The notes below the pieces were generated by a model. That model was not told where the DNA came from. It was given only the letters and a program-made list of their open reading frames with translations, and did not search any database. A stretch of 38,286 nucleotides of DNA from Nitrospinota bacterium (GTDB taxonomy: Bacteria; UBA8248): NCBI GenBank assembly GCA_030754595.1, contig JASLZZ010000127.1, positions 1-38,286 on the forward strand, in the 5' to 3' direction. Below, one piece after another: positions 8,482-17,529 of the stretch. Each line of letters begins with the position of its first letter. The stretch's first letter is position 1. The position numbers and the translations under genes were made by a program.

Positions 8482-9570
8482 TCACATCGCGGGAAGCCCC
8501 GTGGCGTAAAGATTCAACTCCATCAGGCCGGTCGCCCCGCCGGGCTTGGGGTCCGATATTTTTTCCGTCTGTAATTGACCCGCGCCGTCCACCGCGCGGA
8601 CGGTCGCGGGGTAAAATCCATCCTCCGGAAATTCCATCCGGAAGGCCCAGGGCGTCCAGGCGAGGGAACCGAGCGGTTTCTTGACGAGGGCGGGCGCCCA
8701 AGGGTGTCTTTTCGGGCCCAGGCCGTAGGCCACCTCGACGCGGCTGATTCCCCTGTCGCCGGCGAAGGCCGAACCCACGAGCCAGGCCGACGGCGCCCCA
8801 ACCGTCACCCGCCGGCGCGGCGCCTCGAACCGGCTCAATGTCTCGACGCGCGCCGCGTCCGACCATCCCCTGCCTTGCCAATAGCCCGCGTGGCCGCCGG
8901 CCGCCACCTCGGTGGACCGAATCCACTTCACGTTCTTGAGTCCGTAGACACCCGGCGTAAGCAGCCGCAGGGGAGCGCCGTGATCGGGGGGCAGGGGGGC
9001 GCCGTTCATGCGGTGACAGAGGAGGGTGCGCTCGTCCAGCGCCGCCTCGAGCGGAATCGAATCGTGATACCCGTCCGCCGCCCGGAACACCGCGCGCCAC
9101 GCCGGCGACCTCAGCGCACTCTCGCGGGGGGACGCCCGCTCGAGCAGCGCGCGAAGGGGGACCCCGCGCCAGAGAGCATTGCCGATCTGCCCGCCGCCCA
9201 CGGGGTTCCCGATGCAGGTGATCGCCGCCCAGGCCTCGCGCTGGGGCAGGGCGGTCAAATCCGAAGCGATCAACTCAAAAGGAGAGTTCACCGACCCTCC
9301 CACGGAGATTTTCCAGTCTACCCGCGTCCCTCCGGCGGGGGTCCACCCGATGCTCTGTACATAGAATTTGCCGGTGGGTGTGATTTCGGGGAGCACCCGC
9401 GCGGAGAAATCGAGAATACTCTCGCCCGGCAGGGGGGACTCCACCGGACGGCTGTTCAACCAATCGAAGATGCGCCCGAGCATGGCCTCCGCCCGGCCGG
9501 CGGGGCCGATGAACGCCAGCGCGGCTGTCGATGCCCCGCCTCCGATCAGGCTCCGCCTGGAAATTCCCAC
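8482..9570 (-). CDS. Tat-exported molybdopterin-dependent oxidoreductase (sulfite oxidase family)
   Basis: GTG start after GGAGGAG. Twin-arginine SRRSLIGG. Mo-ligand region AITCIGN, GNALWRGVPL, MNGAPLPPDHGAPLRLLTPGVYGLKNVKW and GYWQGRGW, plus a C-terminal Ig-like dimerisation domain. Confidence 0.9.
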   Translation of the reverse strand: MGISRRSLIGGGASTAALAFIGPAGRAEAMLGRIFDWLNSRPVESPLPGESILDFSARVLPEITPTGKFYVQSIGWTPAGGTRVDWKISVGGSVNSPFELIASDLTALPQREAWAAITCIGNPVGGGQIGNALWRGVPLRALLERASPRESALRSPAWRAVFRAADGYHDSIPLEAALDERTLLCHRMNGAPLPPDHGAPLRLLTPGVYGLKNVKWIRSTEVAAGGHAGYWQGRGWSDAARVETLSRFEAPRRRVTVGAPSAWLVGSAFAGDRGISRVEVAYGLGPKRHPWAPALVKKPLGSLAWTPWAFRMEFPEDGFYPATVRAVDGAGQLQTEKISDPKPGGATGLMELNLYATGLPAM

Positions 9571-9774
9571 GGGTCTCCTCCGTGCACATCGGTTAACGGC
9601 GGCTTCCGGCCTTTATCTTCCGGAGATGGTGATAGTTTGGTATAAGTCCGTATCTTTATCCATTCCATTTTTGGGGCGGTTTCGCGGGGCGAAACGACGG
9701 GCCTTCGGGCGCTACCCGCCCCGGGCGGCCTCGCCCGAACGGGCTAGTCCGATCAAGCCGGAAGATGAAACGAG

Positions 9775-9826
9775 CCAGACGATGAATCAAGGAAAATTCA
9801 CCAGACGATGAGTCAGGGAAAATTCG
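9775..9826. repeat. 26-bp tandem duplication spanning the SDR start codon
   Basis: ccagacgatgaatcaaggaaaattca (9775-9800) vs ccagacgatgagtcagggaaaattcg (9801-9826), 23/26 identical. Confidence 0.85.
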
Positions 9827-10569
9827 AGGGCCAAAGCGCCTTCGTCACAGGAGCGGCCACGGGCATCGGCGAGTCCTGCGCCCGAAAACTCGCGGGCGGG
9901 GGCGCCTCGGTCGCCGTTTGCGATATTGACGAGGAAGGCGGAGCCCGGGTCTCCGAGTCGATTCGAAACGAGGGGGGGCGGGCGGGTTTCATCCGCGCGG
10001 ATCTCACGGATTGGGAGCAGGTGCGCACCGCCGTCGAGGGTTTTCAGCACGAGCAGGGCCGCCTCGATATCGCCATTCACAGCGCCGGGGGGTTTCCCCG
10101 GTATTTGAGCCTTCTCGATTGTCCGGTCGAGGCGTGGGACCTTGTAGTCGATTCGAACCTGAAGACCATGTTCTATCTGCTCAAGGCCGCGGCGCCTCTC
10201 ATGATCGAGGGCGGCTACGGCCGGTTCGTATCCCTGTCGAGTATGGCCGCCCGGAGCGGGGTGAACCCGAATCCCCCTCACTACACGGCGGCGAAGGCGG
10301 GGGTTCTCGGCCTGACGCGGCAGGCCGCGCGGGAACTCGGGCCCCACGGCATCACCGTGAACGCTGTCGCGCCCGCCAACGTGCGCACCCCGAGAACGGT
10401 GAAAATCCGCACCGAGGAGCGCATCCGCCATATCGAGCGGACCACCCCAGTGGGCCGCCTCTCGGAGCCGGACGAAATCGCCGAGGCCGTGCTCTTTTTG
10501 TGCAGCCCCGAGGCGAGCTACATCACCGGCGTCACCCTCGACGCGAACGGCGGCGCGACGATGGTTTAG
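9808..10569 (+). CDS. Short-chain dehydrogenase/reductase (FabG-like SDR)
   Basis: TGAATGIG Rossmann motif, HSAG, catalytic S...YTAAK, and GITVNAVAP. Confidence 0.93.
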   Translation: MSQGKFEGQSAFVTGAATGIGESCARKLAGGGASVAVCDIDEEGGARVSESIRNEGGRAGFIRADLTDWEQVRTAVEGFQHEQGRLDIAIHSAGGFPRYLSLLDCPVEAWDLVVDSNLKTMFYLLKAAAPLMIEGGYGRFVSLSSMAARSGVNPNPPHYTAAKAGVLGLTRQAARELGPHGITVNAVAPANVRTPRTVKIRTEERIRHIERTTPVGRLSEPDEIAEAVLFLCSPEASYITGVTLDANGGATMV

Positions 10570-10577
10570 GTGAACCA

Positions 10578-11651
10578 ATGACACCCGGAAATCTTCCCGG
10601 CAGAATGGCGGCGGTGGTCCTCGAGGCGCCGAACCGCATCGTGAACGAGGATCGGCTCCTGCCCGAGGCGGGGCCCGGCGAGGTGATCGTCAAGGTGCGC
10701 GCCTGCGCCTTGTGCGGGACGGATATACATGCCTGGCGCGGCCTCTTCGCCGGGGTGCGGCTTCCCGTGGTGCTCGGTCATGAATTCGCCGGCGAGGTGG
10801 TGGCTCTGGGCGAGGGAACCGAGGGCGTCCCCCTTGGGCTCCGCTGCTGCGTGGAGAATCTTATCACCTGCGGCGAGTGCGAGTTTTGCGGGACCTCGCG
10901 GCCGAATCTGTGCACCTCGCTCGAATCCATCGGAAATACGCTCGACGGCGCATACGCCGAGTACGTCTCCGTCCCGGCGGAGTGCGTCGTCCCCCTTCCC
11001 GGGAAAGTCTCCTACGATGTGGGCTCGGTCATGCAAACGCTGGCGACGGCCTATCACGCCGTCCGCGACGTGGGCGGTGTGCGGCGGGGCGAGCGCGTGG
11101 CGATTCAGGGGGCGGGGCCCATCGGACTCTGTGCCCTGGCGGTGGCGAAGGCCGAGGGGGCCTATGTCGCCATATCGGATACCGTGGGTTACCGGCTCGA
11201 GGCCGCCGAGAAAATGGGGGCGGATGCCGCCGTTAACCCGGCCGAGGCCGGTTTTCCCGAGCGGCTCGGCCAACTGACCGGCGGCGCCGGATTCGACAAG
11301 GTGATCGAGGCCGTCGGCGGCGCCCAGGAGGCCACGCTCCCAGAGGCCTGCCGCATCGTGAAGCGAAACGGAACGGTTGTCGTGATGGGCGTTTTTGCCG
11401 GGGAGGGTACCCCGATTCCGGCGGAGGAGGTCCGCCGTCTCGAGATTGTCATCAAGGGAGCGCGCGGGCGCTACGCCGGCCAGTTCGCCGAGTGCCTGGA
11501 GCTCGTCGCCTCCGGAAAAATCGATCTCGCCCCGATGCTCACCCACCGCGTGCCGCTCAGCCGGGCTGTGGAGGGCCTCGAGATGATGGAAGAGAAACAA
11601 GACGGAGCGATCAAGGTGATTCTCGAGCCGGCCGGGTCTTCGGAGGATTAA
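10578..11651 (+). CDS. Zn-dependent medium-chain alcohol dehydrogenase (sorbitol/threonine DH-like)
   Basis: Catalytic Zn motifs CGTD and GHEFAG, structural Zn CGECEFC...C, and GAGPIG. Start reassigned to ATG10578 after AGGTGA. Confidence 0.92.
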   Translation: MTPGNLPGRMAAVVLEAPNRIVNEDRLLPEAGPGEVIVKVRACALCGTDIHAWRGLFAGVRLPVVLGHEFAGEVVALGEGTEGVPLGLRCCVENLITCGECEFCGTSRPNLCTSLESIGNTLDGAYAEYVSVPAECVVPLPGKVSYDVGSVMQTLATAYHAVRDVGGVRRGERVAIQGAGPIGLCALAVAKAEGAYVAISDTVGYRLEAAEKMGADAAVNPAEAGFPERLGQLTGGAGFDKVIEAVGGAQEATLPEACRIVKRNGTVVVMGVFAGEGTPIPAEEVRRLEIVIKGARGRYAGQFAECLELVASGKIDLAPMLTHRVPLSRAVEGLEMMEEKQDGAIKVILEPAGSSED

Positions 11652-11870
11652 AGGCTGCGAGGGAAAAGTGGCAATGGATTGAGGGCGGCGAAGGGTTGAG
11701 GGCTGCGTGCCGGGCACTCTCTTGACCCGCCCCGGCTGGATGCCTTTTAATAGGTTTGGTTGATTTTCCCGACATGCAAAGCGGATTAATCGCTCGGAGC
11801 GCCAGCGGGCCGTGCGGTCCGGAATCGGGCCTTCCCGCTTGATCGGGATTCGCATAAAGGGGCCATACCC

Positions 11871-13937
11871 ATGCGGTTCGCTGTGGACACCGGCGGGACC
11901 TTCACCGATCTTGTGATGGAGGACGATAAAGGCGTCCTTCATATGTTCAAGGCGGCCACGACGCCCGACGATCCCGTCCGGGGGATTCTCGATGTCGTGG
12001 CCTCGGCCGCCGACAGCCTCTCGCTTTCGCCTCGGGACCTCCTTTCCCGGGGCGATCTCTTTATCCACGGCACCACCTATGCCATCAACGCGATTATCAC
12101 CGGCAATACCGCCCGAACCGCATTCCTCACCACCAAGGGGCACCCGGACGTATTGGTCCTCCGCGAGGGCGGGCGGATAGAGCCGTTCAACTTTCTCGTC
12201 CCTTTTCCGAAGCCCTACATTCCCCGGGCGCTTACGTTCGAGGTACCCGAGCGAATCACTTCCGCGGGCGAGGTCGCGCAACCGCTGGACGAGGCGGCGG
12301 CGATTGAAATCATCAAAAAACTAAAGAGTCTCAAAGTCGAATCCGTCGGGGTGTGCTTTCTTTGGTCCACCGTCAACCCCGCGCACGAGGATCGCATCGC
12401 CGAGCTTCTCGAAGAGAACCTGCCGGGGGCGCCCTACACCCTTTCTCACGTCCTCAACCCGATACTCCGCGAATACCGCCGCGCTTCGTCGGCCTGCATG
12501 GACGCCTCCCTCAAGCCCCTGATGAACAACTACCTGGGGGGGCTCTCGGAGCGTTTGTCGGGGGCGGGTTTCTCGGGGAGGCTGCTCATGCTGACCTCGC
12601 AGGGGGGCGTGATGGATGTGAGGGATTTGATCGCCGCGCCGATTCACGCCATCGGTTCGGGCCCCTCGATGGCCCCCATCGCCGGGCGCCACTTCGCCCG
12701 CGCGGACACGAAATCCGGCACCGCCATCGTCGCCGATACGGGCGGGACGACCTACGACGTCAGTCTCGTCCGGCGAGGGACCATTCCCACGACCCCCGAG
12801 ACCTGGATCGGCCAGCGCTACCGAGGACACATCGTCGGCTTTCCTTCGGTGGACGTGAAAAGCATCGGCGCCGGAGGGGGCAGCATCGCCTGGGTGGACG
12901 AGGGCGGACTACTTCACGTCGGCCCCCAGAGCGCGGGCGCGGTTCCGGGGCCGGCCTGCTACGGGCGGGGCGGGGAGCGGCCCACCGTGACGGACGCATC
13001 ACTCGTTCTCGGACACATCGACCCGGCCTATTTCCTGGGCGGCGCGATGGCGCTCGATTCAACAAAGGCCGAAAATGCAATCCGGAGCGATGTGGCCAAG
13101 CCCCTGAACTTGAGTCTCGAGGAGGCGGCGGAGGCGATCCTGAGGCTGGCCACCGAAAACATGGTGGGCGCCATCGAGGAGATCACCATCGATCAGGGGA
13201 TAGACCCCCGGGGGGCGGTCCTCGTAGGCGGCGGCGGCGCGGCCGGTCTGAATTCGGTGGCCATCGCCCGGCGGCTGGGCTGCGAGCGCGTGATCATCCC
13301 CGAGGTCGGCGCCGCGCTCTCGGCCGCGGGCGCGCTGATGAGCGATTTGCACGCGGATTTTAGGGCGCTCCACTACTCTTCCTCGGTCAGTTTCGATTTC
13401 GGCGGGGTGAACGCCACCCTGAAATCGCTTGCCGCCAAATGCAAGGCGTTTTTCAAGGGGCCGGGGGCGGGAGCGCTCGACCATTCCATCGAAATCTTCG
13501 CCGAGGCCCGCTACCGCCACCAGATTTGGGAGATCGATCTTCCCATCGATTTGACCCGCTTCAAGACGGAAAAGGAAGTCGCGCGGGTCCGCAGGGAGTT
13601 CGACGCCGCGCACGAAGAAATATTCGCCGTCAGGGACCCTGACTCGGACGTGGAGTTCGTCGGCTGGCGGGCCGTCGCGCGGTGCAAGTTGAGAGCGGGG
13701 CGGTTCGGTAAATTGGGGCATGAGAAAAAATTCGAGACAAATCTGCCCGCGAGGCGCAAGGCCTACTTCGAGGGCAAAGGGCGGGTAAACACTCGGGTGG
13801 AATTGTTCGAGAGCATGAAGCCGGGCGCCGCCATGAGGGGCCCCGCCATCATCGAATCGCCCTTCACCACCGTCGTTGTCGATCCCGGAGCGAGGGTGGT
13901 GAGAACAAGAAGCGGGAGTCTGGTGATCGAAGCCTAG
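11871..13937 (+). CDS. hyuA: Hydantoinase/oxoprolinase subunit A (HyuA/OplA family)
   Basis: AVDTGGTFTD, HGTT, LTTKGHPD, DTGGTTYDVS, IGAGGGSIAWVD, VGPQSAGAVPGPACYGRGG and GPAIIE motifs. Confidence 0.93.
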   Translation: MRFAVDTGGTFTDLVMEDDKGVLHMFKAATTPDDPVRGILDVVASAADSLSLSPRDLLSRGDLFIHGTTYAINAIITGNTARTAFLTTKGHPDVLVLREGGRIEPFNFLVPFPKPYIPRALTFEVPERITSAGEVAQPLDEAAAIEIIKKLKSLKVESVGVCFLWSTVNPAHEDRIAELLEENLPGAPYTLSHVLNPILREYRRASSACMDASLKPLMNNYLGGLSERLSGAGFSGRLLMLTSQGGVMDVRDLIAAPIHAIGSGPSMAPIAGRHFARADTKSGTAIVADTGGTTYDVSLVRRGTIPTTPETWIGQRYRGHIVGFPSVDVKSIGAGGGSIAWVDEGGLLHVGPQSAGAVPGPACYGRGGERPTVTDASLVLGHIDPAYFLGGAMALDSTKAENAIRSDVAKPLNLSLEEAAEAILRLATENMVGAIEEITIDQGIDPRGAVLVGGGGAAGLNSVAIARRLGCERVIIPEVGAALSAAGALMSDLHADFRALHYSSSVSFDFGGVNATLKSLAAKCKAFFKGPGAGALDHSIEIFAEARYRHQIWEIDLPIDLTRFKTEKEVARVRREFDAAHEEIFAVRDPDSDVEFVGWRAVARCKLRAGRFGKLGHEKKFETNLPARRKAYFEGKGRVNTRVELFESMKPGAAMRGPAIIESPFTTVVVDPGARVVRTRSGSLVIEA

Positions 13938-13969
13938 GGGCTCGCGCCCAGGTGATCGAAGTTTGGGGA
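13922..13969. repeat. Diverged duplication of the hyuA 3' end
   Basis: ggtgatcgaagcctagggg (13922-13940) vs ggtgatcgaagtttgggga (13951-13969), with an 11-nt identical core and a 29-nt period. Confidence 0.55.
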
Positions 13970-14042
13970 ACAACAAAGCGGCGTTTTTTTCGGCTCCGTA
14001 TTTTTCGGCTCAACGGGTACGAGTCAATGAGGAAATCGGGTC

Positions 14043-15902
14043 ATGGCGAGAGCGAAGACAAAGGTCAAGGGCAAATCAAAAAAAGCGGGGAAAAGAAAAC
14101 CCGCCGGCCGGGGCGTGAAAAAAGCGGGGATGGACCCCGTCACCCTGGCCGTGCTGAGCAAGCGCTTTGAGTCCATCACGACGAAGATGGCGAATACGCT
14201 CCTGCGGACGGGGCGGTCGGGCGTGCTCAACCTGGCGAAGGATTTCTCTACGAGCATCGTCACGCGCGATTGCGAGCTTATGACCGGGGCGGAGACGCTT
14301 CCGATCCACGTTTTGAGCGGCGCCGATCTAATGGCGCGGTCGATGATGGACCTCCATCCGGCGCTCCGGCGCGGCGACGCGTTTTTGCACAACTCGCCTT
14401 ATCACGGATGCTCTCATCCCGCCGACCACACGATTCTCGTCCCGGTCATCGACAAAAAGGGTGAGCATCACTTCACCGTTTGGGTGAAGGCGCATCAGGC
14501 GGACTGCGGCAACGGCCAGCCGACGACCTACATGGGACACGCCCGCGATGTTTACGAGGAAGGCGCCCTGATTTTCCCCGCCGTCAAGGTTCAGGAGAAC
14601 TATGAGGACATCGAGGACATCATACGCATGTGCCAGATGCGCATCCGGGTTCCGGTCCAGTGGCGCGGGGATTTTCTGGCCATGATCGGAGCGGCGCGCA
14701 TCGGCGAGCGGGAAGTCCTGGCGATGGCCGATGAATACGGCTGGGAGACCCTCCACACCTTCTCGGGGGAGTGGTTCGACTACAGCGAAAAGGTGATGAT
14801 CGCCGCCATTAAAAAGATGCCGAGCGGCAGCGCCACCGCCACCAGCACGCACGATCCCGTCCCCGGGACCCCCGAGGGGGGAATCCCCATCAAGGTCGGG
14901 GTCAAGATCGACAGCAAAAACGCGCGCATCGAGGTGGACCTCAGGGACAATCCCGACGCCATGCCCTGCGGGCTCAACCTCAGCGAGGCCTGCGCCCGGA
15001 CGGGGGCCATGATCGGCGTCTTCAACAGCATCGAAGATCTCGTGCCCACTAACGCGGGCAGTTTCCGCCGGCTCAAGGTCCACATCCGCGAGGGATGCGT
15101 CGCGGGCGGGGGAAAACACCCGACGAGCATGTCGGTGGCGACGACGAATCTGGCCGATCGGATGACGAATCCCGTCCAACGGGCGTTTTCGAAAATCAAG
15201 GACGGTCTCGGTCTCGCCGAGTGCGGGCCGATCTTCCCGGCCTCGCTCGGCGTCATATCGGGGGTCGATCCCCGAAACGAAAACGAGCCGTTTGTGAACC
15301 AGATTTTCCTGCTCGATACGGGAGGCGCGGCGGCCGCGAAGACCGACGCCTGGCTGACGATCTGTCACGCGGGAAACTCGGGCATGTGTTTCATCGACAG
15401 CGTCGAGCTCGACGAACTTCATTTTCCCTTTCTCGTGGATGAGCGGCGGCTCGTGGTCGACACCGAGGGAGCCGGGCGCACCATCGGCGCGCCCTCGGGT
15501 TATTGCGAGTACGGACCGGTCGGCGGCGGCGAACTGGAGGTGGTCTATGTGGCCGACGGCGCGACGAACAACGCCAAGGGGACGCTCGGAGGCCACGACG
15601 GCGAACGCATCAGGAACTATCACCGCCGCCGGGACGGCGAACTGATAGAGCTGCCCGCCTGCGAGGATATTATTCTCAAGCCGGGCGAAAAAATCGTTTC
15701 CTATTCTTCGGGTGGCGGGGGCTACGGCCCGCCCATCGAGCGGCCCGCCGCACAGGTGAAATTCGATGTGGACGAGGGCTGGGTGTCGAAAGAGCGCGCC
15801 CATGAGGTCTACGGCGTCGTGTTCCGGGAGGACGGCTCCGTCGATGAGGCGGCGACCGCCGCTCGGCGCGAGGCGCTCAAGACCCTTGAGGCGGCCGGAT
15901 AA
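14043..15902 (+). CDS. hyuB: Hydantoinase/oxoprolinase subunit B (HyuB/OplB family) with a basic N-terminal tail
   Basis: MDPVTLAVL, RTGRS..L..AKDFS, metal-site region NSPYHGCSHPAD and KAHQAD, EEGALIFP, and GGGGYGPP. ATG14130 is an alternative start. Confidence 0.93.
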   Translation: MARAKTKVKGKSKKAGKRKPAGRGVKKAGMDPVTLAVLSKRFESITTKMANTLLRTGRSGVLNLAKDFSTSIVTRDCELMTGAETLPIHVLSGADLMARSMMDLHPALRRGDAFLHNSPYHGCSHPADHTILVPVIDKKGEHHFTVWVKAHQADCGNGQPTTYMGHARDVYEEGALIFPAVKVQENYEDIEDIIRMCQMRIRVPVQWRGDFLAMIGAARIGEREVLAMADEYGWETLHTFSGEWFDYSEKVMIAAIKKMPSGSATATSTHDPVPGTPEGGIPIKVGVKIDSKNARIEVDLRDNPDAMPCGLNLSEACARTGAMIGVFNSIEDLVPTNAGSFRRLKVHIREGCVAGGGKHPTSMSVATTNLADRMTNPVQRAFSKIKDGLGLAECGPIFPASLGVISGVDPRNENEPFVNQIFLLDTGGAAAAKTDAWLTICHAGNSGMCFIDSVELDELHFPFLVDERRLVVDTEGAGRTIGAPSGYCEYGPVGGGELEVVYVADGATNNAKGTLGGHDGERIRNYHRRRDGELIELPACEDIILKPGEKIVSYSSGGGGYGPPIERPAAQVKFDVDEGWVSKERAHEVYGVVFREDGSVDEAATAARREALKTLEAAG

Positions 15903-15941
15903 TCGAAACTGGCGAAATTTAAAAAGGAAAGGGAGTGGGAT

Positions 15942-16694
15942 ATGAGGCTCAAGGACAAAGTGGCCATCGTCACCGGCGGTTCCATGGGAATTGGCAAGGC
16001 GATCTGTCTCGCTTTCGGACGCGAGGGGGCGAAGGTCGCCGTCGTGAACAGGAACCGCGAAACCGGCGAGGCGGTGGTGAAGGAAGTCGTGGACGCGGGC
16101 GGCGCCGCCCGGGCATTTCCGTGCGACGTTTCGAAAAAGGCCGATGTCAGCGGCATGGTCAAGGGCGTTTCCGATGCCTTCGGCACGGTGGATATCCTGG
16201 TCGGCAACGCCGGAATCATGATCAACAAGCCCGTCGAGGATTACGCCGAGGACGAATGGGACCGGACGATCAACACCAACCTCAAGGGGAACTTTCTCCT
16301 CTCCCAGGCGGTCATCCCCATCATGAAGAAAAAGAAGTACGGAAAACTCATCTACGTGGCCTCGATCGCGGGGACGCACGCTTTTCCCAACGCGCTCCCC
16401 TATTGCGCGAGCAAGGGCGGGGTCGTCATGATCACGAAAGCGCTGGCCGCCGAAATCGCCAAGGACGGGATCAACGTCAACTGCATCTCGCCGGGCAACA
16501 CCGCGACCCCGCTCAATCAACACCTCCAGGACGACCCCGATTTCGTCAAGCTGCTCGAGGGCCTTACGCCGACCGGCCGCGCCTACATATCGACGGAGGA
16601 AATGGCCGGAGCCGCCGTGTTTCTGGCCTCGGACGACGCCAGCGCCGTTCACGGCCTCGATATGATCGTGGACGACGGCTGGTGCGTGATGTAG
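15942..16694 (+). CDS. Short-chain dehydrogenase/reductase (SDR)
   Basis: VAIVTGGSMGIG, GNAG, YCASKGG and INVNCISPG motifs. RBS GGGAG. Confidence 0.94.
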   Translation: MRLKDKVAIVTGGSMGIGKAICLAFGREGAKVAVVNRNRETGEAVVKEVVDAGGAARAFPCDVSKKADVSGMVKGVSDAFGTVDILVGNAGIMINKPVEDYAEDEWDRTINTNLKGNFLLSQAVIPIMKKKKYGKLIYVASIAGTHAFPNALPYCASKGGVVMITKALAAEIAKDGINVNCISPGNTATPLNQHLQDDPDFVKLLEGLTPTGRAYISTEEMAGAAVFLASDDASAVHGLDMIVDDGWCVM

Positions 16695-16743
16695 GCGAGG
16701 AAATAATCAAAGGAAAATTCGGAAAATACCGGCGGTCGTTCGG

Positions 16744-17457
16744 CTAACTATCCTCGGGCCGCCGGGCGGCGAACAGGGCGCGGTTGTAGTGAAGGTAGAG
16801 GCACGAGGCGCGGAACCCCGCCCCGCGCAGCCAAGAGAGTTGGTCTTCGAGCGGGGCGACGTGGTCGTCCTTTTCCCGGTAGGTTTTCAGATATTCCTCG
16901 TATGACATTCCTTCCTTGATTCCGGCTTTTCGGTTCAGTCGGTCCCACACGCTCCGGTAGGCGACGGAGAGCGCCTCGCCCTCGAACTCCACCCGGTCCA
17001 GGACGAAGAACGCGCCCCCCGGTTCCAGAAGAGCGTAAACGTCCGCCATGATCTTTTTCTTTTCCTCGTGGGAGACCTCGTGCAAGGCCTGGACGCTGAT
17101 GGTGAAGGCGTAGGGCCCCTCGGGGAGTTCAAGCCCCGCCAAATCCTCCATGCCGCCGGTCACGGGGATGAAGCGGTCTCCGAATGTAGCGAGCCGCCTT
17201 TTGGCGATATCCATCATGGAGGGGGAGGCTTCCACGCCCGCCACCCGGACGCCGGGGATTCGCTCGAAGATGAGTTCCTCGACGCGCCCCGAGCCTGAGC
17301 CGAGGTCGAGAATCAGCGAGTCGGCGCCGCAACCGCCGGCGAGGAGGGAAACGATCAGGTCGAGTTGCTCCCCCCGGTCGGGATTGTCGCGAAAGTGGTT
17401 TTTTCCGTCCCAGCGGTCGGCGAAGTCCTTGTCGGCCCAGGGGTCTTTTTGGGACAT
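16744..17457 (-). CDS. Class I SAM-dependent methyltransferase (CmoA-like)
   Basis: Motif I ILDLGSGSG, GVEASPSMM, SVQALHE and LEPGGAF, and C-terminal QLSWLRGAGF. Confidence 0.88.
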   Translation of the reverse strand: MSQKDPWADKDFADRWDGKNHFRDNPDRGEQLDLIVSLLAGGCGADSLILDLGSGSGRVEELIFERIPGVRVAGVEASPSMMDIAKRRLATFGDRFIPVTGGMEDLAGLELPEGPYAFTISVQALHEVSHEEKKKIMADVYALLEPGGAFFVLDRVEFEGEALSVAYRSVWDRLNRKAGIKEGMSYEEYLKTYREKDDHVAPLEDQLSWLRGAGFRASCLYLHYNRALFAARRPEDS

Positions 17458-17529
17458 TGCATGCTTCCGTTTGTTTCGGGGGAAACTGGAATCGGGCGAG
17501 TCTAGGCGGCTATTGTCGAGATCGGGTGG

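Noticed and set aside
9775..9826. DGR template/variable repeat pair (all three differences are A to G)
   Set aside because: Only 26 bp and adjacent, with no reverse transcriptase; three transitions can be expected by chance.
16744..17457. Calling the methyltransferase ArsM
   Set aside because: It has only two Cys, not in the ArsM arrangement, and the overall pattern is CmoA-like.
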